DNA from: Bilabrum cf. latius
Taxonomy: Eukaryota
Direction: 5' to 3'
DNA: 64,000 nt
NCBI GenBank assembly: GCA_965178125.1
Contig: OZ237765.1
Span: 620,001 to 684,000, forward strand
The notes under the pieces were generated by a model. It saw nothing but the letters and a program-made list of their open reading frames with translations. It was not told the DNA's origin and did no database searches. The position numbers and the translations under genes were made by a program. Below, piece by piece: positions 48,827-62,000 of this stretch (within the stretch, counting starts at the first letter, position 1; each line of letters opens with the position of its first letter).

Positions 48827-51800
48827 GTAGCGCCGCGCGCCTACTAGTAGTACAATAGCGTGAGCGGAACCTAATTTGGCGGCCCCGGACGGGAATCTGA
48901 AACTTTGCGGCACTCGACCTCCGTCCACGATGGGGGCATGGTGATTCTGTTGCAGCAAAAGTGAGTTTGTATGGTATGAAAATCGTTTGCCCGCGTTTGC
49001 GCCCGCTGAGGCTCGAAGCGTAGGCCGTTTGCCCGGTCTTCGTGATTTACGCCGTTTCCTGGCGTCGGCTTGCCGCCCGCTTTTCTCGGGCTACAGGCAA
49101 TTTTAGAAAAACTATATCTCCCATATTTTGAATTTTACCATAATAAATCGTCTAAGGGCTATCGTTCTCTGTCTTACGCAGATCTCGCGTAGCCCCCCCG
49201 GATTGAATGGAGATTGCAACCGAGCGCGGGCGCACATCTGCCAGCGCCTCTAGCGTAGCCAACTCTGGGTCCACGCTGAAAATTCCGCCGTTGATTAATG
49301 TAAGGTATTAATTTTATCCTTTCTAGACCGCATCTGGGGCGATGTTCCACTCAGAAGCCATCGCCACAACCGCAAGGTCGTAGTTTTTGGGGTTCGGGGC
49401 CGTGCGCGTTTGCACTGCGCTCGGCGTGTCTTGGTGGGGCGATATTTCTGTCGGGTCTATCACTTAGTTCTTGAAGTTTTAAAGAGATGTACCCAGTTTC
49501 GTGGATTTTGAAGATGATAGTTTTTTGCAATCGTCGATGCAAGTCGGAGCCTTTTCATGGGCTCGAACTGCGCGGTTTCCCACTTTTCTCCGTTTTGTGG
49601 CGATATGTGCAGCCCATTTTCCTACCATCACGTACGACGCAGAAATATTATTCTTTAGAGGAGAGCTTGGGGTATGACAGCGCAGGCACACCCGGGACTG
49701 GGGGCTCCGCGCTCGGCGTGCTGGCGGCCTGTCTGGTTGCCCTTGGCTTGTACGAGTACAACATAACTGGAACTCGGGATATCTGCCCCACACTTAAAGG
49801 ACTCGAGGCATGGCTCTAAGGCCGGGCAGGCGACAGAGATGGGGGCCTCTGCTTCTTCCGCGCCTGCTTTGTCTGCCTGGTTGCTTCGACTGCGGCCGCA
49901 CAGGCTCCGGGTAAAGGTGCCTCCGGCGGGGCGGACGACGGCTAGGCCCCGCCCCCCCTGACGTGCTCAGCGGTGTGCAGGCCCTGGGCGGGGTGGCGGG
50001 GCTGGGCATGAGGGCATGGCGCGCAAGGCACCGTCCGTGTCCGTGCTGGCGCTCGCCGTGGACCGGGCGTACGTGTCGCTGCTTGCGGCCGCGGTGCGGA
50101 CGGCGATGCCCCTGGTATAGAGAGTCTCGCAGGAAGACGTCCTCAGCGCCACCTGCGCCATGTGCCGGCTGCTGCGGTCGCCGAGCCTGATGGCGCGTGT
50201 CCGCTGCGGCGAGGCTGACAACGAGCGGTTCGCGCACAGGACCCCGAGGACGTGCTGCTTAGGGCCCTCAGGGATGCCGTGCGGCAGGAGCATGCCGCGC
50301 GCCGGACGGCGGCCTCGGACTACCTGTCTGTCGCCGAGAGGGGGCGAGGTGGGGGGCGCAGCGGAACGGACGGGGACGAGGAGGAGGGGGAGGCGGACGG
50401 GGGCGAGGAAGAGGGGGAGGCGGAGGCGGACGGGGACGGGGACGAGGAGGAGGGGGAAGGAGGGGGAGCGAGGATGGAGGGGCTGTAGAGGAGGCGGAGG
50501 CGGAATAGGCGGACGAGGACTCGCGCCGCATGGCAGGTCTCCGGCAGGACCTGGCGGGTACCGTGGTGGTGGGCCTGCGGATACAGGCCTGTTGCCTGGA
50601 GGGCATGGTATTCCTACTGCCCGCGCTGCTGGCTAAATGTGACGACGGGCTGCATACTGGAGAGCTTGCATTGCAACAGGAGGAGGCGCGGGCCTCGTGG
50701 CGGGGGCGGGTCGACGCCACTGTCAGCAAGTGGCTGCAGATCTCCCGCACCACCATCGGAAGAGGGAGCGGGGGCAGAGCAGGCGCGGCTGCAGTGGCAC
50801 CGCAGCAGCAGCAGTCGCAATAAGATATGGTCGCAATCGGATGCCGCCCCTGCGAGAGGCTCGAATCCTGCCTCGGACGGCACCATCAAGGGGCGGACGA
50901 GGGGCAGACGGGGGAGGGGCGCGGGCAACAGGGGGAGGAGCAGAGGCAGGGCGAGAAGGGGGAGGGTCAGGAGCGGAAGTCGAAGGTGGGGGGAGGCGCT
51001 TGCCGTGGAGGGCGAGGCAGGGGGTGGGTCCAGCAGCGAGGACGAGTACGAGGAAGGCTTGGCGGACGCCTCGAAGCGGTCCCGTGACCCCCAGCACCGG
51101 TCCTCTCGCAGATCGAGCCGAAGGAGGCTGCCCACGCAAAAGGGAATGGACTACCAAGAGACGTTTGCGAGAGCCATGGCGGAGGACCGGGGGTGGCTCC
51201 GCGAGGGGGGCGCGGCGGCCGCCGTGGCGGGCGACGGGGATGCAAAGGGCGCGGCTGCCGCGATGATGGACGCAGAATAGGGCGGCGATATCGCCCCCGA
51301 TCCGGTGGGCGAGGAAATTCCCGATTCCGAGGCGCAGATCGATGCCGAGGGGGAAGACGCGGAGGACGCGCCTCTGGCGGCCAGGGGGGCGGCGGCTGTG
51401 TTGGCCAGCAAGCAGACCTAGGCGTTCGACGCGATCGGAGGGAAGACGCCCCCAATGCTGCCAGACCCAGAAGAAGATATCTGAGCGCCCTGGTAGCTCT
51501 GGGGGCCGCGGGAGCGACGGCCTGGCGCGGCCTGCCAGGGCCGCAGCGGGGTGGCGGGACCCGTTCGGGTCGAAAGTCGGTACCTCTTCGCCCGGTCGGG
51601 GGCGCCCCTTCGGTTCGTGTGATAGATATGAGATCGAACAACAGGCTCCGCTCACGCGCATGCGGATGCAGCCGCTGGGGCGGCCTGCAGACGGCCGAGA
51701 GCGCGTTTGGACGGGCCAGCTAGAGAGGCTCTTTACGGCCGAACCAGCGCCACCCAGCCTCTCACACGGCCATAATCGAAAGAACATACCATAAAGAACA

Positions 51801-52091
51801 ACATATCAAAAATCTGCCATGGAGGCCATAGGAGGAAAAATTTGCCGGGCCCGCACATTACTGCTGCAGTGGTCGAGACAGTCGCGCCGCGCCGCCGGCA
51901 AATTTTCTGCCGCCGATCAAATCCCGGCGCAATCGACGCACACAGTCACAAAGAATAGGGTAGGAGCGTTTTTTTTCGCAGATGTACTCCCCGCCCGCTC
52001 ACAGAGGCACAGACGTGATCCGGGCGCCTCGCCGGCCGCGCGCGCGGCCAAATTAGGTTCCGCTCACGCTATTGTAGGCGCGCGGCGCTAC
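48827..52091. mobile_element. Candidate non-autonomous DNA transposon bounded by ~45-bp terminal inverted repeats
   Basis: 48827-48880 (gtagcgccgcgcgccta[ctagtagta]caatagcgtgagcggaacctaatttggc) is the reverse complement of 52047-52091 apart from a 9-bp insertion. ccgatc occurs at both outer edges (48819-48824; 52091-52096). No transposase was recognised inside. Confidence 0.6.
49660..51484 (+). pseudogene. Decayed gene fragment inside the inverted-repeat-bounded element
   Basis: Protein-like segments switch frame repeatedly (LGVLAACLVALGLYEY; VLSGVQALGGVAG; VLALAVDRAYVSLL; DVLLRALRDAVR; IQACCLEGMVFLLPALL; MDYQETFARAMAED). In-frame TAA occurs at 49817 and 50821. TAG read-through does not repair it. 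Confidence 0.55.
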
Positions 52092-52216
52092 CGATCGTGC
52101 CTCCTGCCCGAGACCGCACGCAACCTCATAATCTGGTTTCAGAGTATGAACTGAGCTCGTATCTTTCTATGCATTATTCTCGGTAGATTAGCCCCTTCGG
52201 AGGAAACCAAGGCGGG

Positions 52217-55200
52217 ATGCGACAACTTGTATCTATACTAGTACTTGTAGGGATAGAAAAAGCGGCGCTCCAGAGCGCCGAGCGAGTAAATGTGGAGATC
52301 GACATCACGGGAGCTCAACCAACGAGGTTCCGCCAGGCTCACGACCACGGCGGCCATCCGCACTCGTTCAATGACATGCATGAGTGCATCCACGATGATA
52401 TAATTGAGCACTACGAGAAAATTGGTGCCGGTTGGCCGGAGCCTGCCGAGCAGGCGTATGACAGGGAGCCTCCGCCGTACCCGGCACCCACGGGCGGCAA
52501 GCGAGCTCGAACGCTACAGGACTCCCAGAGTGACTATCAATCAATACGAATTCATGTTGATGTCTCCCGATTGTACCCCACCAAGTGAGCGATCTGCACC
52601 TGTATGCATGCCAGTGCGAGGAGACCTCGCGTACTGTGTGTGAACCTTGCTAAGCTGTAAGAGCGCCCAACCACCTTACGACACCCTAATGCATCAACAT
52701 TGCATTTCATCGCAGAGATAGACCGTACGCGTGCCACGGCATAACCGAGACATTCCGAGACACGTACTTCACGAAACTCGCCGGCGGAGCGTTTCCTCAG
52801 GAATTGCCGTGTTTGGAGGCAGACGTGATCACAGACGAGAAGCGAGACTTCTTGGTGAACAAATTGCTGCCAACTACAGTCCAATGGTTGCGTTAGGCCC
52901 TCTCCGTGCGGCCAGTGCAGGCGCCGCTGCGATTGCCAAGCACCATGTCGGCCGCGTCCTGCTACAACCACTGGGACTATTACGCGGGATTCGTGTGCTG
53001 CGACGACCAGATGATCCCGGAGCACAAGACGGATGGGATCTCGAACACCGATTACGTTATGCATGTCACCGCGCGGCCGGCCCGCAGCTCTATCGTGGCC
53101 TGGGCCTTCCCATGCCAGAGCGACCAGAACCGGAGGCCAATCTCGGGACAGATCAACTTTGTGCCGCACAAGATCGACACCTCTCCCGAAACCCTGCAGT
53201 CGAGTTTCATCAAGTCACTGCACGAGCTGTTCCACAACCTCGGATTCTCGGACTCGTTTTTCCCCTACTACCGCAAGCCGGGCACCAACCAAGCCATCGG
53301 GGGCGCCTACAGGAGCGTGCGATTCCCGCCCGGGCTGTAGAAAACCGCAAACACCTTCGTCATGGAAAACGCGGTAGAGAAAATGAAGGAGCACTTTGAC
53401 TGCTACAACCTCCCAGCCTCGCACGGGGTCGAGCTCGAGGACGGCGGGGGCGGCTCGACGATGGGCAAGCACCTGGAGGAGCGCATCTTCTACAACGAGC
53501 TGATGAGCGGCTGGATCAACCAGAACTCCAAGCCGACCCCGCTGTCGCTGGCTTTCCTGCAGGACAGCGGCTGGTATCAGGTAGACTACTCTGGCACGGA
53601 GAGCATGGGCTGGGGCAAGGGCGAAGGGTGCGATTTCGTGCTGAACCGTTGCGACCAGTGGCCCGACAGGTACTTTTGCTCGGTTCCGAACGAGGATGGG
53701 TGCTCGCCCGACCTGCTCTCCAAAGCCGTCTGTAACGCGTACAACTCTGGCGCGGCCTTCGAGTCCAAATTTCAGTACTTTCCCGACACCCCAACGAAGG
53801 GTGGCAAGTTTTCGGGGGCCGACTACTGCCCCTTCTACTCAGCGCGGTCCAACGGAGACTGCTCCTCTACCACGACGCCGCTCAGCTTCTTCTACGGGGA
53901 GTCGTCAGGGAGCGGGTCACGATGCCTGATGGGAGACTTCCAGCTGGCCAGCTACTCGAGGACGAGGGCCCACCACGGCGCCTGCCTCAAGACATCGTGC
54001 CTGCGCAATCAGATCATCACCGTCACACTGGCCCCGGGGCGGCCATACCAAGCGGTGGTGGAGTGCCCCGTGGAGGGCGGTGACGTCGATCTCGCCGCGC
54101 TGCCAGAGACGCAGAGCGACTGGGTGGGCGTCCTAAAGTGCCCCCCCTCCAGGCTGCTCTGCACGGGGGATCCCTGCGGCGTGCAGGACTGCAGCGGACA
54201 CGGGCGGTGTGTATCCGCCGATGGGTCTTGCTTGTGCAGCAGCGGGTACTACGGGCTAGACGAGTTCGCGTGCGACCGAAGGAGGTGCCCGGTGGGTCCC
54301 GACGGCACCGAGTGCAGCGGAAACGGGAACTGCGACTTCAGCACCGGCACGTGCACGGACGCGCAGGGCTTGCCCGGGTGCTTCCCGGGGTACAAGGGGG
54401 CAGATTGCAGCCAGCTGGGGTGTCCCGAGAGCGCAACACCGCAGTGCAATGACCCCATGGGGTGCGAGTGCGGGGCGCGGGGCGCCTGCGTGAACGGCAG
54501 CTGCGCGTGCCAGCCCGGCTACATCTCCAGCGACTGTTCCCTCACCGAGTGCCCAGGGACCCCGAGCTGCGGGGGCTCCGAGCGCGGGTCTTGTGACCAG
54601 CTGCACGGCCTGTGCGAGTGCGGCGTGGGTGTGGCTGCCTCTGGCTCGGGCGAGTCGGTGTACTATGCTGGGCCTGGGTGCGAGTACGAGATGCGCGGAG
54701 ACTCGAGGCCGGTGGCCACCATCCACTTCGACCAAGAGATGAATGCGACTACTGGGGCGATGTCTGGTCCCATGGCAGCCCAGCTGCCGCCGGAAGAGTA
54801 CTCCGTCTTCGAGTTCGACGTGCCCTCTGTCGAGTACGACTACCAGCTCACTGTCACTGCGACGTCCTGGAACACGACCGGAAGCCCACAGCCGCCTCAG
54901 GTTGTCGCAGCCTACGTCACATTCGGCACGCCCACCCTCCGCAGGCACCAATTCAGGGCCCAGGAGGTGAGCGGTAGCAGCACTCAGCGCAGGATAGTGT
55001 TTCAGAGCGAGGGCACCTCGGATGGCCCCTCGGTGTTCAACGAGGTGGGGACCATGCGGGTGGCCATGGTGTCCCAGGCCCGGACAGAGGTCAGCATCTC
55101 GCTCACAAGGGATGGGTGCGCCGTCCTGGACTGCGGGGAACACGGCAGCTGCGTGCAAGGGCAGTGCATCTGCAACCGACGGAGGGAGTCGGAGCGCCCC

Positions 55201-58200
55201 GCGAGCGTGTACGGGTACGCCGGACCTCTGTGCAGGGTGCTCGATTGCCCCGGCTCGCCCGACTGCGGCGGGGCGCGTGGCACCTGCCTGGCCCCCGACC
55301 CTAATGCGGAGTCCACGGTGGACCAGCTGTTCCCTCGGTGCCAGTGCGAAGAGTTGTTTGAGGGCGAGTCCTGCCAGAACTACGCCCTGCCTTCTGGAAC
55401 GGCCGTCTTCGGAGCCAGGCTTGACACGTTCAGTCCGTACGCGAGGTCCGACGACGGCGCGCCCTAGCTTACGGCGAGCCCAACGGGTGCAGGGTCCGTG
55501 ATTGTGGCAAACTACACTGGCAGCGTGGACGTCGGCGAGCAGTCGGACAGGCTCTTGATCGACCCGTCGGAGCTGCGTCGCTGCTGCGGCGTGAACGGCA
55601 GCGCGTCTGTGCTCGTTACTCTGGATGCGCGACAGAGCGGTGAGGGAACAGACCCCATGCTGCTGGCCCGCACGGATCTGCAGCCCACGCTAGAGGAACA
55701 CGACTACTTCGATGACACAGCATGGGCGCTCGGCAGTCTCGTGCACCAGATCCAGCTGACGGTGCGGCAGGGCGAGCTTGCCTTCGTCTCGGTGAGGAAT
55801 GGCAGGTACAGCACCCGAAGGCTAAAGTATTTCCTGTCCGTTGAGCTTGCCTCGGGCACGTGCCTTCCATCCCTGCAGAGCTGCTCTGGCAACGGCGTGG
55901 GCGACTGCCAGGAGAAGTGCAGCTGCAAGCTTGGGTGGGAGGGCGTGCGGTGCGACGTGCCGACCCCCGTGCTGACCAGCGGGACCGTCGCAACCACGCC
56001 AGTGCTGGCACCCGGCAACGAAGCGTTCTTCGTGCACGAAATTCCGGACGGCACCAAGGAGGTCAAGGTCTCCGCCAGGCGAGGCATGGCATCGGCGCCA
56101 GGTGCTCAGTTCGCGCTCAAGGCTGTGCTTGAGAGAAGCCGCAACGGACGTTCCCTTGCAAAGCTGTACAGCGAAGCTGCTCTGTACGATTACTCTGGAC
56201 AGACATCGGACAACGGCACCCAGCAGCTCACCATCGAGCGGCCCGACGAGTCCACCCGCTTCCTCTTCCTGTCTGTGAGGAATCTAAAGCAGGCCACCGG
56301 CGATGCCATCGTGGATCTTGCAGCCGTGTCGCACACGGCGTCATCGCTGGAGCCGTGCGAGGAACGGGAGTCTGCAGACGAGTGCGGACAGCGGCAATGC
56401 AGCGGAAGGGGTATGGTGCTCGTCCGAAACGGGGAGCCATTTTGCGAGTGCGAGTCCGGGTGGGCTTCCTCCACGCGGTGCGCGTCCCCAAGGTACTCCA
56501 GCTTCTCCAAGATCCAAGAGGCCGCGCAGGAAGTAGAGTACCTCTGCTCCATATGCGAGTCGGAGCTGTCACTGGAGGCGGGCGAGCTGGCCATCCTAAA
56601 GGTGCCGCCCCCGCTGCAGCTGGGAAGCACGCTGACGCTCGAGGTGCAGGGACTCCTCAGCGCGACAGGCGAGGGCACTCCCGGAAACGCTACGAATGGC
56701 TCGCTGCCAAGCGGGATGGGGTCCAGACGGCAAAGGCGAAGGGCCCAAGTAGCGATACCAATCGACAACGAGGCGGAACAAGCTGCGGGCGTGCAGACGG
56801 TTGGGGCTGTAACACTCATGGCCACAAGCACGCTCCCGAGGTCCATCTCCGATTTCACCACCATCAGCAGCACAGGTGCAAACGCTTCCATCGAGATCCA
56901 GCAGAGCTCCGATGCCTCGAGCGTTTTCATCGCAGCGCACGCGCATCGCAGCGGAATCTTCCGCGTGAGGGCGTTCAAGACGAGGGTTCCGTACGAAGAG
57001 CTGCCGGAGGAGTACTTCGTCGAAGAGGTGGTCAAATGGGTGCTCGGGACGTCGCAGGGCAGAATCGTCCTGGGCATGGCAAGCACCTTCCTGGTAGTGG
57101 TAGTCTTTGGCTGTATCTTCGACACGTGTGCTCCTGATGCGGTCAGGCACTGCCTGACGGGGGGGGGCAAGAACAAGTCCGACCAGGCCGCGAGGAAGCT
57201 GAGGCACCAGCGGGTCGTGGCCGACGTCACGTCAATGCTCTCGCAGCCCTCCGTGCGGAGGCTCGTGTCGAGAAGGAGCATGGGAGGGTCCCAGCAAGGA
57301 CTGGGTGCATCGCACGGTGCGGCAAGTGCCAACGCAAATGCTCGCGGCGGAGTCCCATCAGGCGGTGAAGGTGGCACTGCTAGGGCTCAGCGGGTGGAAT
57401 CGAAGAGCGCGCTCAGCGCTGACGCGAAGCTCATTGATGGTCGGTTCCACGCTGGCCAAGGCTCGCACGCTGGGGGCCTCGAGACCAGTTTGGGCTCGAG
57501 TATTTCGGATGCAGGGCAACTGCAGCACCATGTGCAGTCCGTGAGGGCTCTCGATATGGACAGCGAAGACTCTCTTCCCTCTGATACAGACTCCGACAAC
57601 GACGATGACTTGGATCTGCAGCCACCCAATTCCAACTTTGGTGCCGGTTCCACTGATGAAGTTCCCCACGGCATGGATGGGGACATACCGGCCAGCACGC
57701 TAGCAGTCGGAGCCACACAGCCGCAGCACGTGCATGTTCACATCCAGCCGGGGCAAAGCCCGCTCGTTTCATTGCAGCATCGATCCGCATCCGGAGCGCA
57801 TGCTGCAGGTCCTCAGCATTCGTCCTCTCGAGGAGGCAGAATCTAGGCAGCCAGAGAAAGGCAGCAGTAGCGGCACTCGCAGCAGCAGATCCCACTGAAC
57901 CCGCACAGCAACGCTGGAGACAGCCTAGCTGGCTCGGCCCCGTATCCAAGCTCAGCCTATAGCGGACTCCCACCCGGGATGTCTGGCTCTGCACCGCTTG
58001 CTTCCGTGCCAGGTGGCGCTTACGGCGGCGGTGGGTACCCCGCTCCAGGAGGTTACAGGAGGTACGTCCCCAGAAACAGCACCGCGCGAGGATCTAGTCA
58101 AGGGGGTCGAGTCCTTTCAGGGAGCACGTCGCCAGGGCGTATGGGTGCGGCATAGTCGCAGGCTGAGGCATACAAGGCCTACCGTGGGGCTGGGTCTGGC

Positions 58201-58254
58201 AAGAGAATGGGGAGCCGTCGGGCAGCAGGGTCGAGGCGGCGGCGGCTTGGGTGA
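52217..58254 (+). CDS. Leishmanolysin/GP63-like M8 zinc metalloprotease with EGF-like repeats, TM helix and long cytoplasmic tail, join(52217..52584,52716..58254), ~1968 aa
   Basis: Hydrophobic N-terminus, propeptide HECIHD, and a 131-bp GTGAGC...CTAAT...CGCAG intron. Catalytic motifs: HELFH, ELEDGGGGSTMGKHLEERIFYNELMSG, LAFLQDSGWY. Multiple CSGxGxC EGF-like units and the TM helix IVLGMASTFLVVVVFGCIF follow. TAG at 52894, 53338, 55465, 57844, 57868 and 58153; ends in TGA 58252-58254. Confidence 0.92.
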
Positions 58255-59043
58255 GCTTTGCTGGAATCAGGGTTGGGGATCTACGGCTTCTGTAATTTAA
58301 GTGAACTGAGGAAAGCATGTTTCAAACTGCCGGAGTACTACAAGTTATAATGTTTAATGCGGTGCAAAATTAATTTTTAATAGAACAGAAAGCATCCAGG
58401 ATAGCCCCCGGTCCCGCGGACCCGCAGGGCCTCTTCTCGAACGACTGATCCGAATTCTGCACCGGTTCATCTCAATGCGGGCTATACCTCTGTCCCCGGG
58501 CACTACGAGTCCGATCGGATGTACACACCACTCACCCAATGCGCTGCATCCAAGGATGGCTTCCCGTCCTTGTTCCCCGCCCTAGGGTCCGAGTGCGCTG
58601 CTCCCTGCATCACCACCTTGCCCCTGTCCTCTCAGCTTGTACGCACAGGCCCTAGCTGACCTGCCATGCGCCCCGTCTATAAACCCGCCTGTCGGCCCTC
58701 TGCGCGCTACTGGCCATGCAGCCCGCTACCACACGCGTCTCCCTTGTGCCTAGCACCTGGAGCCCCCTTCCTCCAGCTGTGTTCTCTCATTGACACCGCA
58801 CTATCGTCGCATGTGCCGGTGCCCCCCTCTTGTTCCTTTCCACCCCTGTCCGTCTGCGCCCACCTCGACTTCCGGCTAATCTCTGCTGCCCGTCGCTTCA
58901 ATCCTGATGTCCAAGCACAAATACCAAATGGCTGCGGTGGATACAGCACCACTAGGATCCAAAATAAAACAAGCCTATCGGACATTCTGTGTATCCGGAT
59001 AAGCATGGATACACTGCAGGTAGCTCTTCCCATTCGTCTGGGA

Positions 59044-62000
59044 TCATTCCATGTCATTTGGAGCGGCGCTTGCTTCCTTGAGTACCTTGACGCATTGCTC
59101 GTGGCCCCCAACCTGAGCTGCCTCCAGTGCAGAGATTATTGGACCGCCGGGTGCTATGCTCCCGTGCGCATCCAATCCACCAGCCAGCTTGCCCAGTCGC
59201 AGCCGCTTGCCCAGCTCTAGCGGTCTACCCCTGGCCGCCGCCCCAAACACCAGCCGAGCGTCCCTCTGCGCCTCGTGAGCCCTCCGAAATGCCATCACCC
59301 GTAACCGGCGGGATGGCTCCAGATACCTGACACTTCTCATGCGGCTGGCCACTTTGCAGACTCGAAAAAACTCGCACACTGCTCCGATCCCGCTGCCGCC
59401 TTCTTTCACTGTAACAATGATACAGTTAAACGAGGCCACGGCTGGCACCTTCTCAACTATATTCAAAGCGGTCGCAGGATCTGAAAGATCGGCATCGTCA
59501 GGTATATGCTTGCCGACGTGTTGGCGGATCACAGGTAGCATATCAATTGACGGCAAAAACTCTTGGCGGGCCAGCAAGAGGCACGTCTCAATGTCTGCGT
59601 GCTTTGCGGCGAAATCCGCAAGCACAAGGGGCGGCTCAGGGTAGTGCGGCTCCCGCTCCTCGTCTTCCTCTTCTCCTTCGCGTTCCCTGTCTTCATCGTT
59701 GCGTTTGATGCTGAGGTCCCTGCACATTGCAAACGGGCTTGCTCCCACGCTGAGCAGCACGGAAGCGCAGCTGTCGTAGAAATGCTTGCCCTAGTCTACC
59801 ACGTCGCAGTCAATGTAGGAAAAAAATACCTTTCTCGCTACTATCGATGCAGCCAGCAGCCTGTCCAACGCTTCCCGAGGGATAGGCTGACCAAAGGCCG
59901 AAGCAACAGTGTATAACACGTTAGGCAGCCCAGCAGCAGCTAGTACAAAAAGCGGCATGTAATCTTCAAGCCCACGAGCGTACTCCAAAAACATTTGCGG
60001 CACTTTGCTGCGTACAGTAGGCTAGGCCCCATGTCGAAGCAACAGCTGAACACATGCATTCACCCGGTTCAAAAAGTCCTGCGACATAGAGTCACCATCA
60101 TGCCTCAGATTGTGTACTTCTTCCCACAGGCTCGACAAATTAAGTTCTGGATCCCCACCAGATTCTAGTACCCATTTCAAAACCGTTGCATTGCCTCTGC
60201 TCAGCAAAGCGCTTGAGGCAGACGAGCCATTAGTGCTGCAGTCGCTGACAGATTCTGTGGAATCGACCGAGCATCTTGACTCGATGAATCGGCTAGCAAG
60301 TCTCACAGACAAGCAATCGCTGGTACATAGCTTGAATAGTGGGCCATCCTCATGGTTTACGATTTGGTCCATGTCTACACCGTGGTGAAGAAGCACTTGC
60401 GCACAACTAGGTAGGCCGGCATTGGAGGACGTACCGTGCTCGAAAATATCCACCAATCCATCGTCTATGACCCAGAGCGGATGCTGAGCTATTGCCTTAA
60501 CAGCCTCGAGTTGCCCATTCGATACTGCTTCTTCAAGGCACATGTTGAGTACCAGTGATAGGGTAGTGACCCGCCTAGTCAAATGGTTGCAATCCAACAG
60601 CTGAACCAGGCGAGCACAATCGCCGTGTCGAGACAAAATGATCATCAGCACTTCTAGCACCGTGAGAGTATGCTTGTGTGCCTGATCATCATATTCGCAA
60701 TACCACGAAATTTTCCCGCTCCAGTCCAAGCATTTCAGGTGCACTCGACTAGTCACCGGAGCATCAAGAGAAGCACCTGCCTCGAGCAGAATCTCCACTG
60801 CCTCCAGCCTCTCGTAGGCACAGGCCCACTGCAGTGGGGTGGACCCGGCTGCATCTATCGCGTTGATGTCCAGACAGCCGCTCCTGTGCAGATGATGAAT
60901 CAATATCCGCAGCATGCAAAGATCGTTGCGACGGATTGCCATGCGGATCGGGCTGCACTCATCGCTGTCCAGCACAATTGATCGCATACCTTCATAGCTT
61001 CTTTGCTGGTGGTATGCAGCCTCACTAGTAAGTTCGTCATACAACGCAGACCCAATGCTGCCATCGTCGCTGCCCCCGTCGTCGCTGCCCCTGTCGCCGC
61101 TGGCCCCATCGTCGCGGCCCACATCGTCGCTGGCCCCATCATCGCCGTATGCACCTTCGCCCTCTGTGCAGGAATTGGGGCTGTTAACATGAATGGATTC
61201 TGCCGGTCGATCGTAAAGTATGCATGCCCTCAATCCGATCGCCCAAAGCTTTACGTCCGTGCGAACACTCGACAAATTACTCGGGTCTCGGTCCCTATGT
61301 CGCTCTGAAGACCCACTGTAGCTCGTAAAGCTCTCCGCCAGCTCACGGACAAGCATCCATTCTACAAGATCATACTGCTACAGATACACAGCCAGAGACA
61401 GACCAGATAGCGTGACTAGTCTCCTGTTCGAATCTGGACCGCTGCTGGCGATGGAAATTGCGTCGTTGTCGTTGAAACCCCACTGTTTTGTGCACCTTAC
61501 TGCTGCCTCTCTAGCCCTCTTTAGAAAGTAGGGCTCTACAGTACAGTGGGGTGATGGGACTGACGACCATGCAGGACTCAAACCGTTTCGCTGTATTGAA
61601 TCACTTGCAGCTTGATCCGTTGCAGCCTTGGCCCTTGAAGGGCATATAGTGTTGTCAATCTCGAACTTGATCCTCACGAGCGGATCCACCCCGGCTTCCA
61701 TCAGCATGCGCGCATCGCCCAGTCGCCCTTCCCGAATGCACCACAGCAGCATTGCCGTGTCTCGGATAGGGCTATCACAGGGATGGCCGTGCTTGTAGAA
61801 AGCCAGCTGTGTGGCTTTGTTGGGAGACTGCATGGCTAGCTCAACCGACGCCGTTGCTTGCGTCGTGGTTCGATTGGTCCTGCGCCGCTCAGGGCTCGAC
61901 ATTTCGACCCGCGCATCCAGCGTCAGGTCAACGACCTACTCCGCATCGGACGCTCGGCAGGCTTCTTGAGGAAATTCACCGATTGAGAATGCATCCACAG

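Noticed and set aside
50842-50885. tRNA-like T-loop/CCA string (gctcgaatcctgcc...cacca) as a possible suppressor tRNA
   Set aside because: Only a ~45-nt hairpin forms, with no D arm or anticodon arm, and it lies within the decayed coding fragment. No tRNA was found in the window.
48827-52091. Endogenous virophage or Polinton
   Set aside because: A possible 6-bp TSD and AGTAG-like end are suggestive. However, the element is only 3.3 kb with a GC-rich interior and no integrase, pPolB, ATPase or capsid ORF.
4100-58254. Interpreting the TAG-interrupted genes as pseudogenes or sequencing errors
   Set aside because: The interruptions are exclusively TAG, with no frameshifts or internal TAA/TGA over tens of kb and intact catalytic motifs. 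The one decayed region (49660-51484) looks quite different, with frameshifts and TAA.
58666-59220. 184-aa plus-strand ORF between the protease and ankyrin genes
   Set aside because: It overlaps the ankyrin gene's 3' end in antisense, has atypical composition and shows no motif.
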